63,247 bases of DNA. It comes from an uncultured Gammaproteobacteria bacterium. Lineage in GTDB: Bacteria > Patescibacteriota > Microgenomatia > JAUYPR01. Location: positions 51,350 through 114,596 of the forward strand of contig CAYJQU010000004.1 in NCBI GenBank assembly GCA_964372495.1, written 5' to 3'. The notes under the pieces are model-generated. The model saw only the letters and a program-made list of their open reading frames with translations, did no database searches and was not told the origin of the DNA. Made by a program: the position numbers and the translations under genes. Positions 54,391-63,247 of this stretch are shown in pieces; positions within the stretch are counted from its first letter, which is position 1; each line of letters starts with the position of its first letter.

Positions 54391-55724
54391 CTACTCCCCA
54401 ACTCAGGTGCGATGCTTTCGATTCCATATTGCTGTTTAAGCTGCTTAGCAAAGTCGCGTTGCGCATCCGGTTCCCCATGAACCAGAAATGCGCGGATCGG
54501 TTTCTCCTGCATGCGATTTACCCAAGAAAGTAACTGCCTCTGATCAGCGTGTGCTGAATAGCCGCCGATTGCTTCCACATGAGCCCTCACCTCCACCTCT
54601 TTTCCATTGATGTGTATCCGCCGCTCACCTTCCAGTAGTCTCCTACCCAAACTCCCCCGAGCCTGATACCCAATAATAAGAAGGTTGTTTTCAGGATCAG
54701 GAAGATAGCGGATCGCGTGTCGTAGAATTCGTCCACCATGCATCATTCCTGATCCCGCGATAATCACTTTTGGCGCAGGCGTCTGGGCAATTGCCCGCGA
54801 TTCCTCCTCTTTCTCGGTCATCACCAGGCTAGGAAAATCTAAAAAGCTGTCACGACTCATGTGCAGACGAGTAGGACTGTTGAAGTATTCAGGGTGTTGA
54901 GTAAAAACGTGAGTTACCGCAATTGCCAACGGGCTATCTAGAAATACAGGGATCGATGGAATCTTTTGGTGCCGCATGAGCTGATCGATCTCATGGAGTA
55001 TCTCTTGGGTACGCTCCAGCGCGAAAGAGGGAATCAGTAAAATCCCCCTCTGCTCACAGACTTTCTCTATAAGTGCCCGAAGCATCTGCCGGCGCTCGTG
55101 CAGATCTTCATGTACCCGATTGCCATACGTAGTTTCTATCACCAACACATCCGCTGCTTCCGGTACTTCAGTAGGAGGAATAATGGGCGCAGGAGAATTC
55201 CCTAGGTCACCAGAAAATATCACTCGCCTACCGCCAACAGTAAGCTCAACACTCGCTGACCCTAAGATATGTCCTGCATCGAGTAAGGTAAATGACGTAT
55301 CAGCAGAAATTGTTACCGTGCGGTGGTAGTCCACAGCGTAGCAGTACCGCGATACTTGATCTATATCTCCTTGATCATAGAGCGCACTATGGTGCTCTCG
55401 CTTTGCCTCGCGCTCAAGCATCTTGGCAGCGTCAGCAAGGATAAGTGGTACTAAATCGAGTGTTGGAGCGGTTGCAAAGATTCGCCCGTGGAACTTGCGA
55501 CCAGCGAGTTTTGGCAATCTACCGCAATGGTCAAGGTGTGCGTGAGTAAGAATAACCGCATCAATGGTAGCCGGATCAAACTGCCAATCGGCTGCGTTGT
55601 ATGCCTCACTTAACCGCTCCCCTTGGAACAATCCGCAATCAATAAGGATTCTGGCATCTCCGGTTTCCACAAGAAAACAGGATCCGGTAACCTCTTGAGC
55701 AGCACCGAGGAAGGTGATGGTCAC
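54378..55724 (-). CDS. MBL-fold beta-CASP ribonuclease (CPSF/RNase J-like)
   Basis: It has HAHLDHCGRLP and the beta-CASP layout, with a C-terminal GYSAHAD and HGEP. Confidence 0.8.
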   Translation of the reverse strand: MTITFLGAAQEVTGSCFLVETGDARILIDCGLFQGERLSEAYNAADWQFDPATIDAVILTHAHLDHCGRLPKLAGRKFHGRIFATAPTLDLVPLILADAAKMLEREAKREHHSALYDQGDIDQVSRYCYAVDYHRTVTISADTSFTLLDAGHILGSASVELTVGGRRVIFSGDLGNSPAPIIPPTEVPEAADVLVIETTYGNRVHEDLHERRQMLRALIEKVCEQRGILLIPSFALERTQEILHEIDQLMRHQKIPSIPVFLDSPLAIAVTHVFTQHPEYFNSPTRLHMSRDSFLDFPSLVMTEKEEESRAIAQTPAPKVIIAGSGMMHGGRILRHAIRYLPDPENNLLIIGYQARGSLGRRLLEGERRIHINGKEVEVRAHVEAIGGYSAHADQRQLLSWVNRMQEKPIRAFLVHGEPDAQRDFAKQLKQQYGIESIAPELGSRWEV

Positions 55725-56647
55725 GCTATCAAGCGCTCAGCCAGGTATTTCTCGGCTTCCAGTGCCGCTTTACACCCAGCCCCTGCTGCCGTCACCGCCT
55801 GTCGATATCGGAAATCCTCCACATCGCCGGCAACAAATACCCCGGGAACATTTGTATGAGCTTCGTTATACAGCTTCACATATCCTTTCTCGTCCAACTC
55901 GACCTGTCCCCGCAAAAACTCGGTAGCCGGCGTATAGCCAATCGCAATAAAGACAGCATCTGTATCAAGCTCGCTCTCTTGCCCCCTCTCAAGGTTCTTT
56001 AACCGCACCCCTGTCACTTTTTCCTGTCCGAGTACATCGGTCACCACCGTGTTCCAAAGAAAACTGATCTTAGAGTTTGCCTTAGCACGATCCTGCATGA
56101 TCTTACTTGCCCGCAACGTGTCCCGCCTGTGCACTACGGTCACCGTGGCTGCAAACTTGGTCAGCACCAGCGCCTCTTCCATAGCCGTATCTCCGCCTCC
56201 CACAACCACTGCCTTTTTGTCCTTGAAAAAAAATGCATCACATACTGCGCACGAGGACACGCCTTTGCCGATGAGCCGTTGTTCGTTTGGAAACCCGAGC
56301 CACTTTGCCTGCGCCCCCGTCGCCACAATGACCGCATCTGCCGCATACATCTGCTGTCCGACATGCACCTTTAGTGGCCGGTTGGTAAACGTGACGCTGG
56401 CGATATCATCGTCAATAAATTGGGCATCAAAACGTTCTGCCTGCTTGCGCATCGCTGCCATAAGATCCGGACCCAAAATGCCCTCGGGAAACCCGGGATA
56501 ATTCTCCACCTCCGTGGTGAGCATGAGTTGACCACCGGGAGTTTTACCTGAAATAACCAAGGGGTTTAGTCCTGCGCGGGAAGCGTATATTGCAGCGGTT
56601 AGTCCCGCAGGCCCAGAGCCAATGATAATCACCTTCTGCTTCTGCAT
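55721..56647 (-). CDS. trxB: Thioredoxin-disulfide reductase
   Basis: It has IIGSGPAG, the redox-active SCAVCD, GGGDTAMEEA and FVAGDV. Confidence 0.9.
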   Translation of the reverse strand: MQKQKVIIIGSGPAGLTAAIYASRAGLNPLVISGKTPGGQLMLTTEVENYPGFPEGILGPDLMAAMRKQAERFDAQFIDDDIASVTFTNRPLKVHVGQQMYAADAVIVATGAQAKWLGFPNEQRLIGKGVSSCAVCDAFFFKDKKAVVVGGGDTAMEEALVLTKFAATVTVVHRRDTLRASKIMQDRAKANSKISFLWNTVVTDVLGQEKVTGVRLKNLERGQESELDTDAVFIAIGYTPATEFLRGQVELDEKGYVKLYNEAHTNVPGVFVAGDVEDFRYRQAVTAAGAGCKAALEAEKYLAERLIA

Positions 56648-56678
56648 CGTCTTATTACTTTATCACACGCGCTCAGTA

Positions 56679-58151
56679 CTATCTTGTATGGAGAGGCATT
56701 CGGTCTTCGAGAACATACTTGTCACTCGGCTCATCCACCGGCTCCGGATACGTGCCGGTAAAACATCCTGCGCAGACCACCGTTGTTGGTACGCCAATTG
56801 CCTTGGTCATTTCATCTACTGTTAAGTAGGTGAGCGTGGTTGCTCCTATTTCCTGCCTCAGGCGGTCAGTACTGCGACCGTGTGCCGCTAACTCCTCATA
56901 GGTGGCCATATCAACCCCATAGTGACAGGGGTGCTTAATTGGCGCTGATCCTATACGAAGATGCACTTCGCGCGCGCCCCTTTCAAACAAGTAACCAACA
57001 AGCCTTTTGGTAGTGGTCCCTCGAACGATTGAGTCATCCACCACTGCAATGCGTTTTCCCTCGATTACTCCTGGCAGCAAACGGTATTTTTCAAGTGAAC
57101 CGCGATGGCGAGCACCCTGATCAGGGTCGATGAACGTACGCCGTCCATAGTACCGATTGCGCAAAATTGCTTCATCGTAAGGGATCCCCAAAGCATGTGA
57201 GAACCCAAGAGCATAGGGACGGCCATTATCAGGGATGTCGATCACGAGATCAATCTGCTCGCGCTCCTTTTCCGCGAGTGCATGCCCAAGTCTAATGCGA
57301 GCCCCATTCACAACGATGTTACGGAGTTCAGACCCAGCGTACGACAGATATACGTACTCAAAAATGCACAGTCCTTCTGAGCTAGATGGTATGAAGTGAA
57401 CCGTTTGTACGCCTGATTTTGAGAGTAAACAGATTTCCCCAGGTTCAACTTCTCGATGAAACGCTGCGCCAACTTGCTCAAGCGCAATGGTCTCTGAGGC
57501 AGCAACCCAGCCTGAGTTATTAAATCGTCCGATGCAGAGAGGCCTATTACCCATTGGGTCCCGCACCGCAAACAGCCCTTCGGGAGTCGAGATGACGAGC
57601 GAATACGTCCCTCGCCACAGGTGGGAAGCCATAATAATGTTTTCACTCCAGGTCCGCCCTGAGGCATGGGCAATGCTGTACGCAATAAGTTCGGAGTCAG
57701 TCGTAGAAACTGGTTGGAATCCAACATGCTTCAGTCTTTCCCTCAGAAATCGAGCGTTTGTGAGATTCCCGTTATGAGCTACTGCTACGTCCTCAACACG
57801 GAATGGCCCCAGATTTTCGATTCTGTTCCCACCGGTTGTCGAGTATCGTGTGTGACCAATGGCCATATACGCGGCGCCTCCTATGTGTGAGCCTTCCAAC
57901 TGGCGAAGAATATCTGTGTCATGAAATGCTTCGGTAACGAGTCCCAAGTTTTTGTACCAGAGCGGGCGGATGGGAGTCGCGGTGTCAATACCCGCTCCCT
58001 CTTGTCCTCGATGCTGCAATGCTTTTAGACCCTCGTAAGTGATATGGGCAACTGGTTCCCCTGGGCCGTATATGCCAAAAACACCACACGCTTCGCGGGG
58101 TCTATCGAATTCAAGATAATGAAACTCGGCTCGTTCAGCAGAAAGATTCAT
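56679..58151 (-). CDS. purF: Amidophosphoribosyltransferase
   Basis: The Ntn cysteine context CGVFGIYG follows a propeptide. It also has the PRPP loop VVDDSIVRGTT and C-terminal Cys residues. Confidence 0.9.
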   Translation of the reverse strand: MNLSAERAEFHYLEFDRPREACGVFGIYGPGEPVAHITYEGLKALQHRGQEGAGIDTATPIRPLWYKNLGLVTEAFHDTDILRQLEGSHIGGAAYMAIGHTRYSTTGGNRIENLGPFRVEDVAVAHNGNLTNARFLRERLKHVGFQPVSTTDSELIAYSIAHASGRTWSENIIMASHLWRGTYSLVISTPEGLFAVRDPMGNRPLCIGRFNNSGWVAASETIALEQVGAAFHREVEPGEICLLSKSGVQTVHFIPSSSEGLCIFEYVYLSYAGSELRNIVVNGARIRLGHALAEKEREQIDLVIDIPDNGRPYALGFSHALGIPYDEAILRNRYYGRRTFIDPDQGARHRGSLEKYRLLPGVIEGKRIAVVDDSIVRGTTTKRLVGYLFERGAREVHLRIGSAPIKHPCHYGVDMATYEELAAHGRSTDRLRQEIGATTLTYLTVDEMTKAIGVPTTVVCAGCFTGTYPEPVDEPSDKYVLEDRMPLHTR

Positions 58152-58158
58152 AGCTGCC

Positions 58159-59076
58159 TCAGGCTACCTCGGTAACTGCTCGGGCAATAAGTGCATCAAC
58201 CGAAACGATCGTCATCGAGGTCGGACGCTCTTTTATCGGAAGGCTGTCGGTCACTAGTGACGCAGTAATGGGACTGTTTCCTAAAACCTTGACAGCCTGC
58301 GAAAGTCCCAGAAAGTGCGTTGCGCATACCCAGATGTGGTGGATACCCTGATTACCCAAAAGCGTCACAGCCCACTGGACCGTGCCGCCCGTTGAGATCA
58401 TGTCGTCAACGACAATAGCCGTCTTTCCGACAATATCGCCGTCAAGCACGAGCGATGTAATGCTATCTTTGTCAGCCAAATCACGCCTTTTCCTGCCAAT
58501 AATAACGGGGCAATGTAAAATACTCGCAAACTGCAGTGCACGCACAGCAGCCCCCACATCGGGCGCAATAATGAACGGGTCTGCAGGATCCTGTGCGGCA
58601 AGCTTCTTGGCAAGAACATCAACCGCCGACAGATGAATGAAGGGTTTGGTAAAGTGGCGTTTGAGATTCTCTGAGTGGACATCAAGGGAAATCACCCGTG
58701 TTATCCCACTCGCCTCAATGCAGCGAACTATTACCGCTGCTGAAATAGGTTCTCCTGGACGTGACTGGTGGTCTTGCCGACCGTAGCCAAAGTAAGGAAT
58801 AACTGCTGTAATGGACTCGGCGCCGCTCTGGCGCGCCGCATCGCAGAGAAGAAGCAGCTCCATAAAATGCTCATTTACCGGCGGCCCCATTGACTGAACT
58901 ACCACCACGTCTTTTCCTTTGACATCCTCTGCGATCCAGACGGAAACCTCGCCGTCGGCAAAATGATCTATCCGTACCTGACCAAGGGGAACTTGGAGCC
59001 GCTTTGCGGTGCGCAAGGAAAGTTCAGGACAGCCATTGCCTGCGAGTACCACCATGCGCTCAGCCACAGAGTCCAT
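58159..59076 (-). CDS. prs: Ribose-phosphate pyrophosphokinase
   Basis: It has RQDHQSRPGEPISA, LDVHS and VVDDMISTGGT. The start is uncertain (ATG 59076 or 59055, or TTG 59103). Confidence 0.9.
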   Translation of the reverse strand: MDSVAERMVVLAGNGCPELSLRTAKRLQVPLGQVRIDHFADGEVSVWIAEDVKGKDVVVVQSMGPPVNEHFMELLLLCDAARQSGAESITAVIPYFGYGRQDHQSRPGEPISAAVIVRCIEASGITRVISLDVHSENLKRHFTKPFIHLSAVDVLAKKLAAQDPADPFIIAPDVGAAVRALQFASILHCPVIIGRKRRDLADKDSITSLVLDGDIVGKTAIVVDDMISTGGTVQWAVTLLGNQGIHHIWVCATHFLGLSQAVKVLGNSPITASLVTDSLPIKERPTSMTIVSVDALIARAVTEVA

Positions 59077-59113
59077 TCTAATGCAAGGGTTGTAAGAGAG
59101 CAATGTGCCGAAT

Positions 59114-59341
59114 TTAGCGTGCCACGAGCTCTGGCTGGCGGTCTATACGAGTGTATACCTGCCTGAATTCTTCTCGGGCGCGGATAAGCAAAGATTTTAC
59201 TGAAGCACGCGTTGTTTCTAGAACTTCGGCAATTTCGTCGTAGGAAAGATTCTGGTGCTCTCGCATGATCAGAGCTATTCTGTACCTTGGGTACAAGCGG
59301 TCAAGAATAAGTTATACCTCTTCGTGGAGGGATGTAACTTT
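59114..59341 (-). pseudogene. Remnant of an ECF/sigma-70-family sigma factor (region 4 only)
   Basis: The 60-aa ORF YPRYRIALIMREHQNLSYDEIAEVLETTRASVKSLLIRAREEF is sigma region 4.2. In-frame TAA (59312..59314) and TAG (59342..59344) interrupt the upstream sequence. No region 2 ORF exists in 59297..59478. Confidence 0.55.
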
Positions 59342-59478
59342 CTAGGAAGAGATTTTTTCGCCAGCAGGCGGCATGGAGGGGTGTGCAACTTCAGGAGCAT
59401 TTGATCCAAGTGAGCTCGTCCGTCATCTCACAAGTAACCCTGAAATCCTCCGCGACGGGTCAATGTAACAAGCAAAGG

Positions 59479-60171
59479 CTATAAACCGAGGAGCTGGTTC
59501 AGTGCTTCCAGTCTCTGCTGCACATCACAGTATCGTTCTTGGCTGATTTGCCCTGTTCGGACGTAGAATTCAAGTATCTGCTGCATGGTCATGGCTGCGT
59601 GCAGTGCGTAACCATCCTTAGCAAGCTGTTGTTTCCCGCCCTGCGCTCGATCAACTAACACCACCACATCTTTCACTTGTACCCCCTCTGCTTCAAGAAT
59701 ATCAATAGCTTCTAACTTCGAATCAGCATTCGTAACCAAGTCATCAATGAGCACAGCGGTCTTTCCTCTATCTGTATGCTGCAAGCCATCAATCTTTGTT
59801 CCACTTCCATGTATTTTTGCATCAGCGCGTGGAGTAATCATACCAACTCCTAATCTATCTGAGAGCGTCGAAGCCAGTGGGGTTGCTGCGGTTGGCACGT
59901 CAGCGATAAGATCAAATCGTAAGGGATGTACTAGCCCTTCATATACTGCTACTGCTGCTTGTTTCGCCTCTGGAAACCTACGTAAAACCCTTAGATCAAT
60001 ATAGATTGGGGAAAGTGGCGCTTCCGGTTTTTTATCATGGAGTTTCAGTCTAAAATCGCCAAACTTTATCGCCCCAATCTCAAAGAGTTGTTGCGCAAGA
60101 TGCTCTTGAAATGGAGTGAGGCCCTCGGGATGCGTTTCCTTATCTATTTCCACACCGGCCATAGTATACAC
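59479..60171 (-). CDS. pyrE: Orotate phosphoribosyltransferase
   Basis: It has GAIKFGDFRLK and the PRPP loop VLIDDLVTNADS. Confidence 0.85.
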   Translation of the reverse strand: MYTMAGVEIDKETHPEGLTPFQEHLAQQLFEIGAIKFGDFRLKLHDKKPEAPLSPIYIDLRVLRRFPEAKQAAVAVYEGLVHPLRFDLIADVPTAATPLASTLSDRLGVGMITPRADAKIHGSGTKIDGLQHTDRGKTAVLIDDLVTNADSKLEAIDILEAEGVQVKDVVVLVDRAQGGKQQLAKDGYALHAAMTMQQILEFYVRTGQISQERYCDVQQRLEALNQLLGL

Positions 60172-60183
60172 CTTCTTCTCATC

Positions 60184-61122
60184 TTACAAAGACCTCGCAG
60201 TATTTATCTGCGCACGCAGTTGCTCTGTTGCTTTTCTGGCTGCTTGGGCAAAATCTTCTCCCTTTGATGCAAATATGATGCTGCGAGAAGCGTTGATGAT
60301 CATCCCCCAGTCCCGACTGTCTTTTCCGGCCTTCACAGCGGCTTCTACATTCCCGCCCTGTGTACCAATCCCTGGTATGAGAATCGGCATATCACCAACA
60401 ACTGCTCGCATCTGAGCCAATTGCTCTGGATAGGTAGCGCCTACTACCACACCACAATTGCCATGCTCATTCCACAGCTCTGCTACATGACGAGCCACTA
60501 CTAGATAAAGTGGCTCTTTTTCCTCTCCTACTTCTAAATCCTGGAGCTCCCCTGCCCCTGGATTTGAGGTTCTCGCTAGGACAATAACACCCTTTCCTTT
60601 TCTATTTAAGAATGGCCTCATCGCCTCTCTTCCGAGATACGGATGAACGGTGATTGCGTCAGCTCCAAGCTGATCGAATATTGCCTCTACGTAGCCACTG
60701 TTCGTGCTACCAATATCTGCGCGCTTTGCATCTAAAATGACTGGGATGCCTGGGTACTGCGTATGGATGTAGCGTACCGTTTCGGCTAAAGCTCGCCACC
60801 CTTCGACCCCATGTGCTTCGTAAAATGCGCTGTTTGGCTTGTAAGCACAGACCAGATCATGAGTGGCATCAATAATTGCTGCATTGAACTCAACTATAGT
60901 TGCTTCTACCTGCGGCACACGCCGTACCTTCGTAACCGACGCGGGAATCTGCGAGTAATCAGGATCCAAACCGATGCATACAAAGTTACCGTGCGCCCAA
61001 TGACGCTCTAGCTGTGCTACAAACTCAGAAGGAGGGACAGCTTTCAGCTCCATCGATGGAAGTTCTCGGTCCTTCAACATACGTAGGGTACTGTTTTTAA
61101 TATGTTTCCTCTTCTGCGTCAA
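60184..61122 (-). CDS. pyrF: Orotidine 5'-phosphate decarboxylase, type 2
   Basis: It has FVCIGLDPD, LDAKRADIGSTN and PGIGTQGG. The start is uncertain (TTG 61122 or ATG 61080). Confidence 0.85.
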   Translation of the reverse strand: MTQKRKHIKNSTLRMLKDRELPSMELKAVPPSEFVAQLERHWAHGNFVCIGLDPDYSQIPASVTKVRRVPQVEATIVEFNAAIIDATHDLVCAYKPNSAFYEAHGVEGWRALAETVRYIHTQYPGIPVILDAKRADIGSTNSGYVEAIFDQLGADAITVHPYLGREAMRPFLNRKGKGVIVLARTSNPGAGELQDLEVGEEKEPLYLVVARHVAELWNEHGNCGVVVGATYPEQLAQMRAVVGDMPILIPGIGTQGGNVEAAVKAGKDSRDWGMIINASRSIIFASKGEDFAQAARKATEQLRAQINTARSL

Positions 61123-61141
61123 GGCCTATCACAGCAATTGG

Positions 61142-61627
61142 CTAGAAAGTCAGCCACGCAAGTGTTACAGTGGCGCCGAGAATGCCAAGATCACGCGTGA
61201 GGAGCGTACCATTGCCCACCTTAAAAGCAGCCAGCACCGCAAAGACAATTACCGAGCCAATAATACTTGCAAACCCAAGATACGGACCAGTAAGGTAGGA
61301 TACCGCAACGAGTAGTTCCAACACTCCCATCACATACGAAACCAGGACAAGCGAGATCGGTCCAGCAACTCCAATCTTTTTCAGGAATAAGTTTCCGATA
61401 GAGGAAAACTGCTGTGGCCGCTCGAAGTTATCAAATGCAAACCACAAGAATACATAGGCAGACAGGAACCGAACTGGCAAAAGAGCAGGGTGGTTGGGCG
61501 ACACAATAGGAGAGACTGACGTGAACCAACGGAGTGATTCCAACGGCTCAAAAAAGGAAGGGGCTAGCACACGCAACAGCCCTAAACTTCCCACAATAAA
61601 GGAGAGGTACAGTTGACGATTATGCAT
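61142..61627 (-). CDS. Membrane protein (DoxX-like?)
   Basis: It has four hydrophobic segments over 161 aa. The family call is tentative. Confidence 0.45.
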   Translation of the reverse strand: MHNRQLYLSFIVGSLGLLRVLAPSFFEPLESLRWFTSVSPIVSPNHPALLPVRFLSAYVFLWFAFDNFERPQQFSSIGNLFLKKIGVAGPISLVLVSYVMGVLELLVAVSYLTGPYLGFASIIGSVIVFAVLAAFKVGNGTLLTRDLGILGATVTLAWLTF

Positions 61628-61633
61628 CGCTTG

Positions 61634-61642
61634 ATTATATCA
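61634..61642 (-). promoter_or_regulatory. Extended -10 element TGATATAAT 6 nt upstream of ATG 61627
   Basis: The minus strand reads TGATATAAT caagcg ATG. No Shine-Dalgarno sequence is present, so a leaderless transcript is predicted. Confidence 0.45.
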
Positions 61643-61712
61643 AGATAGCAGGATCAAAACGATGCTGTCAAAACCAAGTCAGACTTGGCCAAAACCGAAC
61701 CTCTCCTCTGTT

Positions 61713-61925
61713 TTATGCTTTCCTAAGATAAGGAAGGCCTGTCCGTGGATTCTCTCCAACGGCGTATCCCGCTGGAATGCTATCTTCTGCCTCTGGACGG
61801 ACGTCCGGTGCAAAATAGTAGATCATCTGCGTTCTGCCGCTTCCGCGAAGCGTGACGTTGCGACCATGGAGATAATACGTTCGGCCTGACTTTTTACTTA
61901 CGTAGCTGTATGCCAAGAGGGTCAC
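61713..61925 (-). CDS. Hypothetical small protein
   Basis: It is 67-70 aa with a C-terminal GYAVGENPRTGLPYLRK. The likely start is TTG 61916, 8 nt after GGAGG. Confidence 0.45.
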   Translation of the reverse strand: MTLLAYSYVSKKSGRTYYLHGRNVTLRGSGRTQMIYYFAPDVRPEAEDSIPAGYAVGENPRTGLPYLRKA

Positions 61926-61987
61926 CTCCTCTCACCAGGAGAATGGGGTCACTCTACCATAAAGCTATCCAGGAAATCAAGAGGGGG

Positions 61988-63199
61988 TTATAGGGTATAT
62001 CTGCCCTCGCGCAAGAATTGCCTAAGCGTCTCAGCCACCTTTTGATGCCCCGTGCGCGTCAAGTGCCCATCACTCCCATAGAAATATTCTCTCCAATCCC
62101 GATGTACCAAGTCTGGCAACATGTCAATCACCGGCAGTGCTATATCTCTGTCAACCGTCATCAAAGTCTTGCGCGGCTCATAGTTGCCCAACCGCAATCC
62201 GTTATCATACACCCGCGCAGAGATGGACCCGCTTTCAAATTCCTTTTGATGGTATGTATGCATGAGGTTGGCTCCCTCTTCTACTCGCACGGGAGAGGCA
62301 AGAAAAAGTACTACGATTGGCACATCGCTCTGGTTGGCAAGAGCGGCAAGACCATGCATAACTTTTTGGTATTTTTCAAAAGCCTCGTTACACTTGGTAA
62401 GATCCACGCAGTAAGGCTTTGCATAATCTCGCCCAGTGCTTTCTGCTGGAAGGATACGGCGCTGCTGCAGGTAACCAACTATCAGTTGAAACAGGTGCGA
62501 GTTACGCAGCAGCGGAAAGCGGTACTTGATGGGCTGCGCCTTTGCTACCAAATAGCCATCATCCACCCGGACAGCTTTTGATATAACACGCCGCGGCAAT
62601 CCATTCTCACCGCTTCCGATCCACTCACCTTCCTCTAAATCACCTAGGTCGTTGTGGGGGAAAATGGTGAATATCACTATATCTGGTCTCAAAGCAAGAC
62701 CGTGGTTTTTGAGATACAAATAGGCGCTTGTAGGCGCATTGCCACTGGTGAATCCGGCATTGAGTATCTCGTAACGTTTCTCGGTTTTCTGTGCATTCAG
62801 TTGTTGCTCAAGCTGTGCGGCGAAGGTCTCCCCATCGTTGACTCCCCACCCAAACACCATCGAATCCCCGGTGACAAGAACGCGATAGGTGCCGGCAGGT
62901 TTGTTTCTGCTTACCTCTCTCCCTCTCAACCCTAAACCGTTCACCGTTACCTGAGAGGCAAATTCGCCGGTATAGCCACGGAATTCCGCTTGCGTATTCG
63001 GCTTGAGCGTAAAGACCATCTCAGAACTCGGAGCGAAAATCTGCATGGAGGATGCACGCGCCTGCGTGTACAACCTCTGCGGGCGTTTTTTAGCAACGAC
63101 ATACTCGCCCGCCGCACAGCCTACGGCAACCCCGGCCAGTATTAAGATTGAGATCAGTCGCTTGGAACGCTTCACGGGGAGCTCATCTGATGCCCCCAC
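61988..63199 (-). CDS. SGNH/GDSL-family hydrolase with an N-terminal membrane anchor
   Basis: Block I is LVTGDSMVFGWGV and the C-terminal DGHLT is block V-like. It has an N-terminal TM segment and a GTG start. Confidence 0.7.
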   Translation of the reverse strand: MGASDELPVKRSKRLISILILAGVAVGCAAGEYVVAKKRPQRLYTQARASSMQIFAPSSEMVFTLKPNTQAEFRGYTGEFASQVTVNGLGLRGREVSRNKPAGTYRVLVTGDSMVFGWGVNDGETFAAQLEQQLNAQKTEKRYEILNAGFTSGNAPTSAYLYLKNHGLALRPDIVIFTIFPHNDLGDLEEGEWIGSGENGLPRRVISKAVRVDDGYLVAKAQPIKYRFPLLRNSHLFQLIVGYLQQRRILPAESTGRDYAKPYCVDLTKCNEAFEKYQKVMHGLAALANQSDVPIVVLFLASPVRVEEGANLMHTYHQKEFESGSISARVYDNGLRLGNYEPRKTLMTVDRDIALPVIDMLPDLVHRDWREYFYGSDGHLTRTGHQKVAETLRQFLREGRYTL

Positions 63200-63247
63200 T
63201 GACAGTAGGCGCAGTGCTCATCAGAGGCAGGTATGGGAGAGGAGAGG

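Noticed and set aside
59114-59296. The 60-aa region 4 ORF as a normal functional sigma factor gene.
   Set aside because: It is far too short and has no region 2. In-frame stops lie immediately upstream. It is called a remnant instead.

Overview
This 63.2 kb window is densely packed, mostly on the minus strand, and uses the standard genetic code (TGA acts as a stop in several ATGA overlaps). It has roughly 50-60% G+C on the lines I sampled, except for one AT-rich island.

The gene content suggests a reduced-genome Patescibacteria/CPR-like bacterium. This is inference, since no searches could be run. Supporting content:
- an intron-containing 16S rRNA
- a Lig1-type ATP-dependent DNA ligase
- a class I (DhnA/FbaB) aldolase, a split transketolase and GapN
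- a two-subunit 2-oxoacid:ferredoxin oxidoreductase and a SUF operon
- isolated nucleotide enzymes (purF, prs, pyrE, pyrF)
- Pol I without an exonuclease domain, and many small membrane proteins

Main blocks:
- 16S rRNA split by a group I intron that carries a LAGLIDADG ORF (87..2335)
- housekeeping genes (NYN, NadK, PHP, DedA, pth, P-type ATPase)
- an AT-rich two-gene island (about 9590..10928) abutting a tightly coupled Fic / ORF145 / ATP-ligase / TauD-like operon
- a FabH-like gene, then CIRCE-clpB, recF, MFS, GT4, polA, ftsH and trpS
- a tRNA / sigma-region-4 / ftsB / xer / tRNA / toxin-antitoxin stretch
- a ferredoxin/Fe-S redox block (gapN to OFOR)
- nth, a second toxin-antitoxin pair and RDD membrane proteins
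- a pentose-phosphate cluster, lgt, a beta-CASP RNase, trxB, purF, prs, pyrEF and an SGNH hydrolase

No CRISPR array, transposase or reverse transcriptase was seen.

Best candidates for something new:
1. The compositionally foreign island and the four-gene coupled operon it is fused to.
2. A perfect-cloverleaf CAU tRNA-like gene with non-canonical D and T loops.
3. A triple 11-mer repeat in the trpS leader.
4. A pervasive architecture of extended -10 promoters that abut start codons, implying leaderless transcripts.
5. A genomic tRNA-Ile(UAU).

All family calls rest on motifs I could read by eye. No HMM, BLAST or folding computation was possible.
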